In this document: one piece after another, positions 50,217-62,108 of the stretch | Numbering within the stretch: position 1 is the stretch's first letter | Layout: every line of letters starts with the position of its first letter | Assembly (NCBI GenBank): GCA_003344405.1 | Contig: NOWV01000155.1 | Coordinates: 62,001-126,000 of the forward strand | DNA from: Trichoplax sp. H2 | Taxonomy: Eukaryota | DNA length: 64,000 bases | Direction of reading: 5' to 3' | The notes under the pieces: generated by a model | Database searches by the model: none | Seen by the model: only the letters and a program-made list of their open reading frames with translations | What the model was told of the DNA's origin: nothing | Position numbers and translations under genes: made by a program

Positions 50217-51310
50217 TGTGGCAGCTTGCAAGATCGATCATGACGATCGGCCGGTCATTAAGACATCATCAATGCAATTATGTATGGCTAGCAAAACGAA
50301 GCCACTTCTTTAAAAAGTTGAAAAAAATCACCCCTACAACTCAATATTTATACTCATTAGGTGCTGATGTGGAGAAATTGCTATTACAAAATGCTCCTAT
50401 AACCAAGAAAAACGTAGATATAGTTCAAGATCATGTTGCATTCTTGCAAAATTTAGGCATCAGTGAAGACTCGTTAAGTATCGTTATAACCAAAGGCCAT
50501 CGTTTTATATTAGCAGCAAGGCCTGAATTGCAACAACGTATCGAGTTTTTCACCGATTTAGGCATGACAAAAGACGATGTGGTCGGAATGATTGTTACCT
50601 TTCCTAAATTAATGACGATGCATACAGAACGCGAGATACTACCTCGTATTGATTACTTGCGATCAATCATCTCAACCGATAAAGCGATAGCTACCATCAT
50701 TCAGAGCAATCCGACATCTTTAAATTATTCCCCATTGAAATTGCAAGAGCGAATTGATATTTTCCGAAATGGCTTTTTGAAATTCGATGTTCAAGATATT
50801 GAAAAGATTATTATCGATTGTCCACGATTATTATCCATCAAGAGCAGTTCTTCGACACGTTCCTTACTTTGGTTGAAAAACAATTATTTTAGTCAAGATC
50901 AAATACAACAAATAATCCTAAAATATCCTTGCTTCGTAACCCTCGACTTGGCCAAAATTGATGCCATTTGGAAATGGATGAATAAGACTGGTTTAATCTT
51001 TACTAACAAGAAGAATGATAATCCTCATCGTAAACAGTCAAGATCACTTATTCAACAGTTACAGGAAAAACTGAAATCACCTTATGAAGTTAGAGATATC
51101 GTCGAATATCCGAATGTATTTGGTGAACCCCTAGAAAAACTTCGAAATCGAATTCGATATGTAACCTCATTACAGATTCTTGATGAGAAACTTATTCCAT
51201 TTGAAGATTTAGTTAAATTTGATGATCGAGCATTTGCAGAGACAATAGCGGAATCGAACTACAAAAGTTATCAGCGATTTGTGGCTAGTCAGTCAGTACA
51301 TCCTTGGTAA
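50216..51310 (+). CDS. mTERF-family protein, intronless
   Basis: MWQLARSIMTIGRSLRHH (presequence-like), YLYSLGADV, FLQNLGIS, FFTDLGMT, MIVTFPKLM, IIIDCPRLL, IILKYPCF: mTERF repeats. Confidence 0.88.
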   Translation: MWQLARSIMTIGRSLRHHQCNYVWLAKRSHFFKKLKKITPTTQYLYSLGADVEKLLLQNAPITKKNVDIVQDHVAFLQNLGISEDSLSIVITKGHRFILAARPELQQRIEFFTDLGMTKDDVVGMIVTFPKLMTMHTEREILPRIDYLRSIISTDKAIATIIQSNPTSLNYSPLKLQERIDIFRNGFLKFDVQDIEKIIIDCPRLLSIKSSSSTRSLLWLKNNYFSQDQIQQIILKYPCFVTLDLAKIDAIWKWMNKTGLIFTNKKNDNPHRKQSRSLIQQLQEKLKSPYEVRDIVEYPNVFGEPLEKLRNRIRYVTSLQILDEKLIPFEDLVKFDDRAFAETIAESNYKSYQRFVASQSVHPW

Positions 51311-53096
51311 TTGAGGTCTTTTACCGCTATGATTTTGCATCCTATGCCAACCCAAACTACCAGACTATAATCTACTTTTTGAAAAATTTATTCTATTTAT
51401 TACAGCGCTTTCCAAATTAGTATACATGTCATATGAATATGGTAAATAACTCAAAAGCTATCAACTATAATGTACAGGCGATTTATTAATGCCATTATAT
51501 CTGACATCTCTCTTGAAATCATTTCTGATTTCGATTCTACGCGTACAAACATTACAATAGTTTTAGGATGGTGAATTACAGACTTAACTTAATACCAAAT
51601 ACATGATTTATCCTTGCAAGTTTCTGGTAACGTCATGACTTTACTAAGCAAGTTTCCTATAGCTCTACATCTCTATCCTCTATTGCTCATTATTCTACAA
51701 GCTATCCCACAAGTGATCCTATTTGCTAATACATGTTGGATACATACAGGCAGAATTATAACGTATACACGTATTTTAAAAATGAATTGAAATATCCATT
51801 TTCTCTCTATGAAGTTCTTATTACACTTAAGAGCCTGCACTCATTAATACATGAAATAATTATGAAATGATATACAATTCCAATATTGATGGCAACTGGA
51901 TCAGCTGATCTTTGTTACAAGAAATAAAACCGATTTAGCGTAAGATATCTTCAGAAATATGATAAACTATTATTAGGTTAAGTCATCCACTCATAGGTAT
52001 GAAGAAAGTAACCGTATCGCAAATGATGTGATGTACTATTTTCACTATATCTTAAACTAATAACGTTTGTACACTACTTATATATAGGGTATGGGTACAT
52101 ATGGGCAGTTTTTTGTCTTTAGAGCAAAAATTGATCAATGTCATTCAGTTTATAAATATCTTTTCAATAAACGATTTATTTTATTATTGAATACATCGTA
52201 ACAACATTGCTATTCAATTACAAATTAGGTAGCGTCTGTACAGTATAGCATATACGAGTAGGAAATATTGAAATAAAGTTGATTGCTATTTATAACTCTG
52301 TATTTCTTCACGCAGATCGCATGCATTGTAGCACTGCATGTGATATATTTGCAATGCAATCAAACTATTTCTACTCAATACATACGTGCATACTATTAAT
52401 AGCAGCAAGTATGGTAGCGTTAGTGCTTCTACATTAGTCAATGCTGTGTAGCTTGGACTTTTTCACCTACAAACGATTGCTGTCTATTTTTAACTGGTAA
52501 TTCATTTTTTTCCGGTGGATGTCAAAGTTTTGACCGTCCGTTCGTTAGTACCAATGACGATTTGTAAATTGATTATGATGTCTAAAGTGAATATCGACAG
52601 TCTACTTGCAAGTTTTTATGCCATCTTACAGTCTAAGCCTGGCTAGCTCGTGTTCTGTCAGAATTAGTTGTATGTTCGTCAATGATGAGCAATCGCAAAC
52701 GGTGGAAAAGCTCTCCCATTTTTAGGAATAGATATGCGTAGTAAGTCGATTCCTACAGTATGATGTTATACTATATTATGCTTACTAGGCAAAAAAATGA
52801 GCTTTGCTGTAACTAGTTTGCAAGATTTATACCTGTACAGTTTGAGCTAAGTCGAGTTAGCTATTGGCAATCAGCAGTGCAAGCAAAGCAGACTGTTTTG
52901 TATCCACAATATAAGTACATACTCGTAATATTGCATATTTACTGTGGACGATGATGAGTAATCGCCAAATGGTAGAAAATGCCTTTAGGTTTTTCGAGGC
53001 AGATACCATACTATAAATAGACATGTGTAGTTTGTAAAGTATGATGCAATATTGCGTTTACTTCTGTTTTCAGCCGACTCTTTTACTACCATTGAC

Positions 53097-53932
53097 GTCG
53101 ATGTTGCAAACTTGGACGCTTCTTTATAATTCTAATCTGAGCGAAGCTAAGCTAGTTAGTGGCAAGGACAACTATATCTATGTCGATGTTACAAACTCGT
53201 ACGCTTCTTTATAATTCTAATATGAGCTAAGGTAAGCTAGTTAGTGGCAAGGACAACTATATCGATGTCGATGTTGCAAACTTGTAGCCTTCTTTATAAG
53301 TCTAATCTGAGCTAAGCTAAGCTAGTTAGTGGCAAGGATAACTATATCTATGTCGATGTTACAAACTCGTACGCTTCTTTATAATTCTAATCAGAGCTAA
53401 GCTAAGCTAGTTAGTGGCAAGGACAACTATATCTATGTCGATGTTGCAAACTTGTGCGCTTCTTTATAATTCTAATCTGAGCTAAGCTAAGCTAGTTAGT
53501 GGCAAGGACAACTATATCTATGTCGATGTTGCAAACTCGTACGCTTCTTTATAATTCCAATCTGAGCTAAGCTAAGCTAGTTAGTGGCAAGGACAACTAT
53601 ATCTATGTCGATGTTGCAGACTTGTAGCCTTCTTTATAATTCTAATCAGAGCTAAGCTAAGCTAGTTAGTGGCAAGGACAACTATATCTATGTCGATGTT
53701 GCAAACTTGTAGCCTTCTTTATAATTCTAATCTGAGCTAAGCTAGTTAGTGGCAAGGACAACTATATCTATGTCGATGTTGCAAACTTGTAGCCTTCTTT
53801 ATAATTCTAATCTGAGCTAAGCTAGTTAGTGGCAAGGACAACTATAGCCGATGTTGCAAACTTGTAGCCTTCTTTATAATTCTAACCTGAGCTAAGCTAG
53901 GCTAGTTGGTGGCAAAGACAGCTATATCTATG
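53097..53932. repeat. 85-bp minisatellite, 10 copies (two shortened to 80 and 75 bp)
   Basis: GTCGATGTTGCAAACT...CTTTATAATTCTAATCTGAGCTAAGCTAAGCTAGTTAGTGGCAAGGACAACTATATCTAT at 53097, 53182, 53267, 53352, 53437, 53522, 53607, 53692, 53772 and 53847. Confidence 0.97.
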
Positions 53933-54605
53933 TAACAAAGCTGACTATATCTTATTCTACTGCTACAACTCACAATAAAGTTAGACAAAATCAATTTGAG
54001 ATCAAATTCCGCTCACTAATAGTTTACAAAGATTGAAGGTTGGTGTAAACTAGTGTAAAATAAGCTAGAACAATTTTTCTAGTCAATCAATGTCTTCCTT
54101 CTCTACTCGCAGGCTCGATGTTCTACATCAACCTTGGTTTGATAATTTCCCCTGGTACAGTAGGTCAATTCCTACATAGATCATCCATCTAAACTTAGCC
54201 ATGATTCACCTTGACTGCAAGCAGTGATAGCATAGTACAACATGGACTCATACTCTCTCTTTGAAGAGATTTAATTTCAAGCTTAGCTACGCGTTGCCAT
54301 CGAGATTTGGCAATCGATGAGACCTTGCCAGTTCACTTTATACTGGCGCACTCTACTACCCCAAACAGGACTATAGCGTCAAGAAGATATCGCATTCAGT
54401 AGCGCTCGATTATAGAGTTTACTGCATGTTGTAACAATTCTGTAAAGTGTATCAATAACAATAATGCTTCGTCAGCAATCTCCCTCAGGCTACCCAACCA
54501 CATATAAACGCTAGTATCGTTCTGAGTCAGACTCCTATCAGCCATATTACTTCAGGAAGAACCTCCATCAGATTGGCAATAGCTCACTGTCCAAGAGAAA
54601 TAAGC

Positions 54606-57600
54606 ATGGCTTCAGGAGAGAATCCAAGCAAGAATCATGACCACCGTGATAGCCATAAGGTAGGACAAGATGATACAGAAGAACTTTCCTTCTTTCTCAG
54701 TTTATAGCCAATGCTAAAAGGTAGTCCAATCGAGGCAAGAGTTCTATGTTGGTGTGATGAAGATGCGAGGCCGATGGTCAATCAAGCAATGTTGCTAATG
54801 TGTAGTTGGTCGACTTGTATTTTCTACATTAGACAGTCTATTAGATCTATTATACATTCATGGAATCTGGGTATTAAATTATTGCTGGATAGGAATCCTT
54901 TCAAATGGATTAGATGCGCATTTTACTATAGGATAGATGCTCTAAAGTAAACCATATATAGACCGAATACAACATCTAGAAATAGTGACACAAATAAATC
55001 AATTTCTATTTGCGAGAAGCAACTTGCAAGCGATGGATTGCTACCCTATCTGGGCCTACAGCAATGACAACATTCACGTGTATATAGCGGCTGCAATAGG
55101 CTATTTAGCGTCCTTTCCCAAGCATCAGATACTATCTTCGATTCTATCATTATAACAAATGCCTTTTCTTGCTTTTAAGACCTACAGTATATACAAGGTA
55201 TACAGTATTTAATAACACGGTCAGAAGTAAACAGATATGCCAGGCAATACTCTGTTTGATGAACAAAGTTGATAGAAGCCCTACTGCATTTAGCAATGCC
55301 GACCAGAATAATAGTATCAATCTTAAATGTCAGAAGCAAACAGATATGCCAGACAATAACCTATTTCATGAACAAAGTTGATAATGCCCCTGGTCGGCAT
55401 TGCTAAATGCCGACCAGAAGGATAATATCAATCTTAAATGACTACCTTACCACAAGTAAAATAGCGCAACTTATATTGAAATTGCAATATCAATACTGCT
55501 CTTAGTTGCTTTACTTATTTTTATACTTCAAAATGACATTAAATACCTAATTTAAAATATCCACTTTGGTAGAAGATGAATATGGAGGAAAAATAGTTGT
55601 TTTATCTTGATGGTTCCATTTGAATTAATAATTACTGATATGTTGAATTCAATTTGTAATGGACAGTAAGCTAACTACAGTATTATCACTAAATTATAAA
55701 ATATACTTACAGGTCTTTGAAGAATATTGGCCAAAAGAAGCCGTAAAGAAAGGAATCAAGAAAGGAGATTTAGTAAAAGTAAAACACGATTGTCAATACA
55801 AACTAGCAATTACCAGTGTGTTATAGCATCAGAATTCTATGCAATCATACTAATTAAACTTTCAATATGCATTTATATCGTGCTAGGGCCCTATTAGGAT
55901 CAATCTTAAAAATTACAAGGAAGCTTTCGTGCAAAGAGAGGTAGAAATGATCATCGTTAGAATAAATTATTCCCCCATTGAATTTGTTCTTAACATGCTG
56001 GATGTTGCTCCTTCATAGAGTGCGCTAAATATTATTCAGACATTCAGTAAAACTGTTGTATACATGGTATAGTGTAAACTGCGATATAGCATTACAGTAG
56101 AATACACTAATTTGATATTCTATTATAACAGATATAGGACAACCTATCTGTTTCTCTACCGACATATCAATATTGTAGGCTACTGTCATGGTCGTATAAT
56201 TGTTGTTATTGCTAATACGTATATTAATGGATGCACTGCCATTGCAGAAGTAAAGTACTACCGTACGGTACTTGATCCATTCCACTATTAATACTCGTAT
56301 AGCACTTGTAAAGATAAATTTGGTAAATAACGTCTATAAAATGATATCAAGTTATAAAATACTATCAGACGATATACCAAATTAATGGAAGTACTTTGTA
56401 ATCTCCTTCATTTGTAATTATTCTTTAATTTCTCCTTAACCAATAATGTAAAGTCTGTAATTTTAACCATGATCAACAATATCGGCCTTCCAATTTTAGG
56501 GAGAAAAAGACATATTCATTGATGGATTTGCTGCCAGAAATAGGGCTTTAGAAGGTGACATTGTGGTAGTACAAATTAATCCTAAATCTGAATGGAAGGT
56601 AAAAACTACATCATTGTATCAATTATGAATTTAGTTTGCTCATGCTATTTTAAAACGGATTGATGAGGATATTTGAAGCAGAAGAAATGGGTCGCCTTTT
56701 CAATGTCTTCAATCTTTTTTAACAGACAGTTGACAACTTTGAATTTCCGATAAGCGATGTTGAATATTTAAGCCAGCCTATGGAAGATGACCATGATGCT
56801 TCTGCGTTATCTGCTCAATTGCAAAATAAATTAGCTCTAGTTAAGAATGACTCTGAACCAACTATCAAAAATGATCAACCATTGCAAATGACTGGCAAAG
56901 TACGCATAAATGAATCAAATTGTTATCTCAAGACAAAGAATAGCACTAAATGGATAAAAGCTTAACTTATTATTTGTACATTATACTGATCCATGACTAG
57001 TAATATGAATACTTTCTAGCATTATCGTAACCCTTGATAAATAATGATTTAGGTGATATACATCAAAGAAAAAAAGCGTTCACGGAAAACCTGTGGCCTT
57101 CTACGGAAAGAAAAAAAGGTAAATTGCAATTATGACTGGCCATATTTAGTTATGCAGTAATTCTGCACTACTTCATTATTATGATCGGTATCTAACTTTA
57201 AATTCCTAACTAAATCAATTGCTAGTTATGTGCTAAATGATTGTCACAAAGTAGCTCTATGAACTATTCCCAAACCAATTCACTTTGGAAGGCTTTCCAA
57301 CTAACTTAGGAAATTTACAGTATGGAAAACGAACTTATTCCTTGACTTCAGGGAATAGTCCAACTAATGCTAGTGGTTAATTGCTTTTATTTTACTAGTC
57401 TTAATAATCCTAAATGATACTACTGTACGCTATATAACTCACAGGGAATTCAGCTTATTAATTAGCTGGTTCTTCTTATATAGTGCATGATCAGATCCCT
57501 AGTGCAAAAACATCTTTCATAGATTATTTAATTTATATACTTCAGTATAGGAAATATATTGCAATATTTGGTATAACAAAATAATAATCAAATGTTGCAA

Positions 57601-60600
57601 GGTAAACTTATTAGGTTATTATTTAGCACTTCATTAATTAGCACATAAACTTCGCAGTTCAGTAATTAGTATCAAACAACAATTGCCGCTTTACATATAT
57701 TAGAGTAATCGTAATCGATTAACAACTACCATTTGTTATCTGGCTCCGATCAGCACATCAATCTATAACGAAGTATTGTTTTTCTTTATAATAAAAGTAT
57801 TTTATCAAATATATGGAGCGAGCTCCGTAATAATGATGTAATCACAACTTTTTCTCCTACAGCCTAACGGACACGCTCTATTTATACCACGCGACCATCG
57901 CATACCGCGTATTAGAGTGCCCTTAACTCAATGCCCAAAAGGTAAATCTAGACAGATACGACATGATAACTTATTATTACTGCTATAATCAACCTTATTA
58001 TCGATGATTTAGATTTTCAGAAGTCATCAGAGGAACCCTATCCAGATTTATTTTTTGTGGAAATTGTTGAATGGAAAGCAACAACTCATTTTGCTTTGGG
58101 GTACAACCTATCTGTATTACTATCTTATTAAATATCCATCATTAATGTTGAACCATTGTTACAGAAAAGTGCTAAGACGATTTGGGCGAGAAGGTGAAAT
58201 AGACTCTGAAACGCAGGCTATCCTAGCAGAATATCAAGTAGATACATCTCCATTTTCGGATCAAGTAAGCAATTAAGAAATGACCGTATTGTCTATTCGA
58301 CATCGCTGTTACACCATCAAACCATGTCTAATTATAGTCACTGCTTATTCTATCTCTCTAGATTTTAAAAGATTTGCCCTCTGATTGGCAAATATCGAAG
58401 GTATATAGATTTCCTACAGTCGATAAGTGAAAGCTTACTTTGCTTTGATCAATCCGAAACTGATATTACTGTTGTCATAAATCTTGCATTTAGAAACAAT
58501 TAAAATGCCGCAAGGACTTACGCTCATCATGTATATTCACCATTGATCCAGCAACAGCTAAAGATCTTGATGATGCTCTATCATGCGAGCCGTTAGAGAA
58601 TGGTATTATATACGTAGTTTATGATTATTATATTATACAGTACAGAAAGTAATCACTATGTTTTTGACAATGTGTAGGTAACTTTGAAGTGGGCGTGCAT
58701 ATTGCTGATGTCAGTTACTTTGTTCGAGAAAATACCCCAGTTGATACGTTAGCAAGCAAAAGAACACTGACATTTTACTTAGTTCAAAAGGTTACTTCTT
58801 CTACTACTATGAGTATATACTCATTTTAAATTTTGAACATACTGATTTAAAGCAGGTAAAGATTAGTCTAATGCTTTTTTTATACAATCTACATTTTATG
58901 TTTTAGGCCATAACTATGCTACCTCCAGCACTATGTGAAAATTACTGCAGTCTTAATCCGGGCGAAGTAAATATATTCGTCTATCATTTCATTTTGGCAC
59001 AATTCAATACTTGGATTTACCCAACGTTTAACATTGATTTTTCTAAATATAGATAGATTCCTAATAATAGAATAATTAGCTTAAAGTAAATCGGCACGTT
59101 ACTATACACAATATTAATGATAATATGTGTTTGTTTCTTGCTCTACAGGACCGTTTAACATTTTCCGTAGTTTGGGAATTAACGCCGAACGGAAAGGTAC
59201 TTACAAAACTTTATAGTTATGAGAATTACGCAAGTCAAACTGTAGCATCTACTTTTGCTATACTATCGATATTACACTGCATTTTTGAAGCTAAAAATCT
59301 CATCAAAATTTTCATCAACTGTGGTGTATAGATAGTAAAGGAATGGTTTGGGAAGTCAGTTATACATTCATGTTGTAAAATGAACTACGACCACGCACAG
59401 GTAGAAATTTTAAATTAGATTGTTAGACATTTCTATTTACGCCTCATATTATTCTTCGCTATTCTAAGAGTGTTCTGGATAATCCATCAAAAACCTGGAC
59501 ATCACAAGACTTTCCTCAAATATATGGTGAAATTGCTTATACTATCAGATTTTACTTCATTATACATCAAGTGTAGTGATATCTTGATTCTATATCATAG
59601 CCTCTGTAACGAGCGACGAGTAAAACTAATAAGTATAAGTAAGCATTAAAAGTATTTCCTCATTTTCAATAATTAGGTGACCATACAATATCAAAAATTG
59701 TCAGTGTCATATTAAATCTAAACAAGGTAAACTAAAAACAAAAGTATTATTTCTTTCACTATACACTCAAAGTTTCTTGCTACTATTTCACAAGCTAATC
59801 TGTAAGTCCTCTTTTGAAGATTGCTCAAGAATTACTGAAAGGAAGGTTATCATCCGGAGCCATAGAATTGAACCAGGTATTTCATAATTCCGATAAAAAC
59901 TAAAGTGATATTATAAATTGAATGGATGTCTTCTACATCTTGGTCTACTACGAGGCCTTCAATAGTAATGTAAACCCTAACAAACGTATGTAATTTAGCC
60001 AAAACAATGGTTCTCGCTTGACAGCGATTCTGGCTATCCAACGAGCTGTAAAACATATGAAATGAAAGAAAGTAATGGGTATTGAATACTTTCTAATATG
60101 ATCAGTATTAGTTGAAAAACTTTTATCAATATTTGACGACTTTATAAAATGTTGCTATGTAAATGTTCTTTCAGATTGGTAAAAGAATTTATGCTTTTAG
60201 CTAACATCTCAGTAGCTAAAAAAATCCTTACAGGTTTTACTAGCACAGCTTTCCTCCGTCGACAGCCATCGCCATGCGCTCAAATGATATCGAAAGTGGT
60301 TAGTAAGATACCCTACAAAATCGAAACAACGATATTAAAATTTAATCTAAATTTTATATGTACTATTTTTGCAGACTAATTACTGCAAGAACTTTGATAT
60401 TCACTGTGATGGCGATAACTATCGTAGTCTTCAGGTTAAATATTTGGAAATTTTTATTGACTTAAAACCGTTACTGATGTCAATAATTGTAAAATTATAA
60501 TGCAGGCTTCTTTATTAGCGATCGGAACGAACGATAAAGACGGTATTCACACTCAGGCTGTGAGTCATATATTCTTAAGGGCTATGACGGTAAGCCTATA

Positions 60601-61664
60601 CTACGGTACATGAGGAAATATATCGTACACTAAATAAATGACTTAACACTTTCAAATTCGTATGATTTACAGAGAGCGGAATATTTCTGTAGTGGAACAT
60701 TTGAATCTCATGATAGCTTCAAGCATTATTGTCTAAATATTCCGTTATATACACATTTTACGTCACCAATTCGACGTTACCCAGATATTATCGTCCATCG
60801 ACAATTATTTAACTTATTAGGTAAACTTCTACTACTATGTTAATTTAAATAAAGCGGTGAATAAACTTTTAGTATTCAAATTCCACCTCACTAGATAATG
60901 CTATAATGATATAATCACTACCTTTTAGAAGGGAAATCACAAGATAATTCTATGATCACGAATACAGCAAAACTAGAATCTATAGCAAAAGTTTGCAACG
61001 AACGAAAGCTAGCTCAGTTTAATGTTGGCAAAAAGAGCTCCGAATTGTTTTTCTCCTTTTTTGTCAGAAGTTGCGAACCTCTACATGAAGATGCAATAGC
61101 TATATCTTTATTAGATAGTTCTTTTGATGTTTTATTAGTTAAATATGGCTTAGTTAAAAGAGTTTATTGCAACGTAAGTAAAAGTGATTCGATTTTGATA
61201 TTTGTAAATGTTCATTGATTAAATCATATTAAGGATTACTGCTATTTGTAAATGACCTAACTTAGGTATCATTTCATGCTTTCAGAACGTTCACCTGGAA
61301 AACTGGAAGCTGACTCGAGTACGTAAAAAAGCTAAACTAATTCTATATTGGAAAGCAACATCAACTAGCAAAGGATTTTCGCAGGTTTCAACCGTATTAT
61401 TCAAAATAAATAATGCACAAGCATTTCCTTCAGTCTTAACAAAACTTGACCGTCTATTACATTTCAGGAAATTTCTCTATTCTCGAAATTAAACGTTATC
61501 GTTGAAAGTGATCGTCAACAAACACTCGGATTCATGGTAACACACGTTTATTCATTTGAGTAGTAACTGCTGAGCGAATAATTATATCACTAGTAACGTT
61601 ACTCCTGATGTATTTCCCCCTTTGCATTTAGGTCCATTTACAGCATCCTAAAGTTACTGCGTAA
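54606..61664 (+). CDS. DIS3L2: DIS3-like 3'-5' exoribonuclease 2 (RNB family), multi-exon
   Basis: [27 protein letters not shown]...[106 protein letters not shown]; no PIN domain. The first exon is inferred from phase fit. Confidence 0.92.
55220..55439. repeat. ~110-bp two-copy duplication in DIS3L2 intron 1 with a local inversion/hairpin
   Basis: GTCAGAAG(T/C)AAACAGATATGCCAG...ATCAATCTTAAAT occurs twice; copy 2 contains CTGGTCGGCATT-GCTA-AATGCCGACCAG. Confidence 0.8.
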
Positions 61665-62108
61665 GCATAAAACAAAATCGAACATTCATATATTTAAATG
61701 AAAGCAGATATGAAATAAATAAACTCCAACTCAACAACATTGGCTTATCAAGGACGTATGGCATACATTCTACAACAAGATTAAATAGTAATCCTATGAA
61801 TACGTAATTCCGGATTTATCCTACAATCGGTCTCGTTGCAGTCACACCAGCATAAACATTTCTTGTAAATCATTTCATCCAAACTTTATATTTCCAAAAT
61901 GTTGTTATGTTTATTTAGTTTAATAACATTACATTTTATTGCAATGAAATAAACTATAGGTGACTAATGTACAAATAAAAATAGCTATCTATGATCCATA
62001 CGATAAGAACTTCCCGATGAAGTTGATAATTTTATTGCCACTTCTGCATCTCGTTTTAATGTCTGTCTTCTCATTCGGTGTACTAATTAAAATAGTCTAT
62101 TAAACTTC

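Noticed and set aside
53097-53932. CRISPR-like regular array
   Set aside because: Units are contiguous near-identical repeats with no unique spacers and no cas genes; eukaryotic minisatellite.
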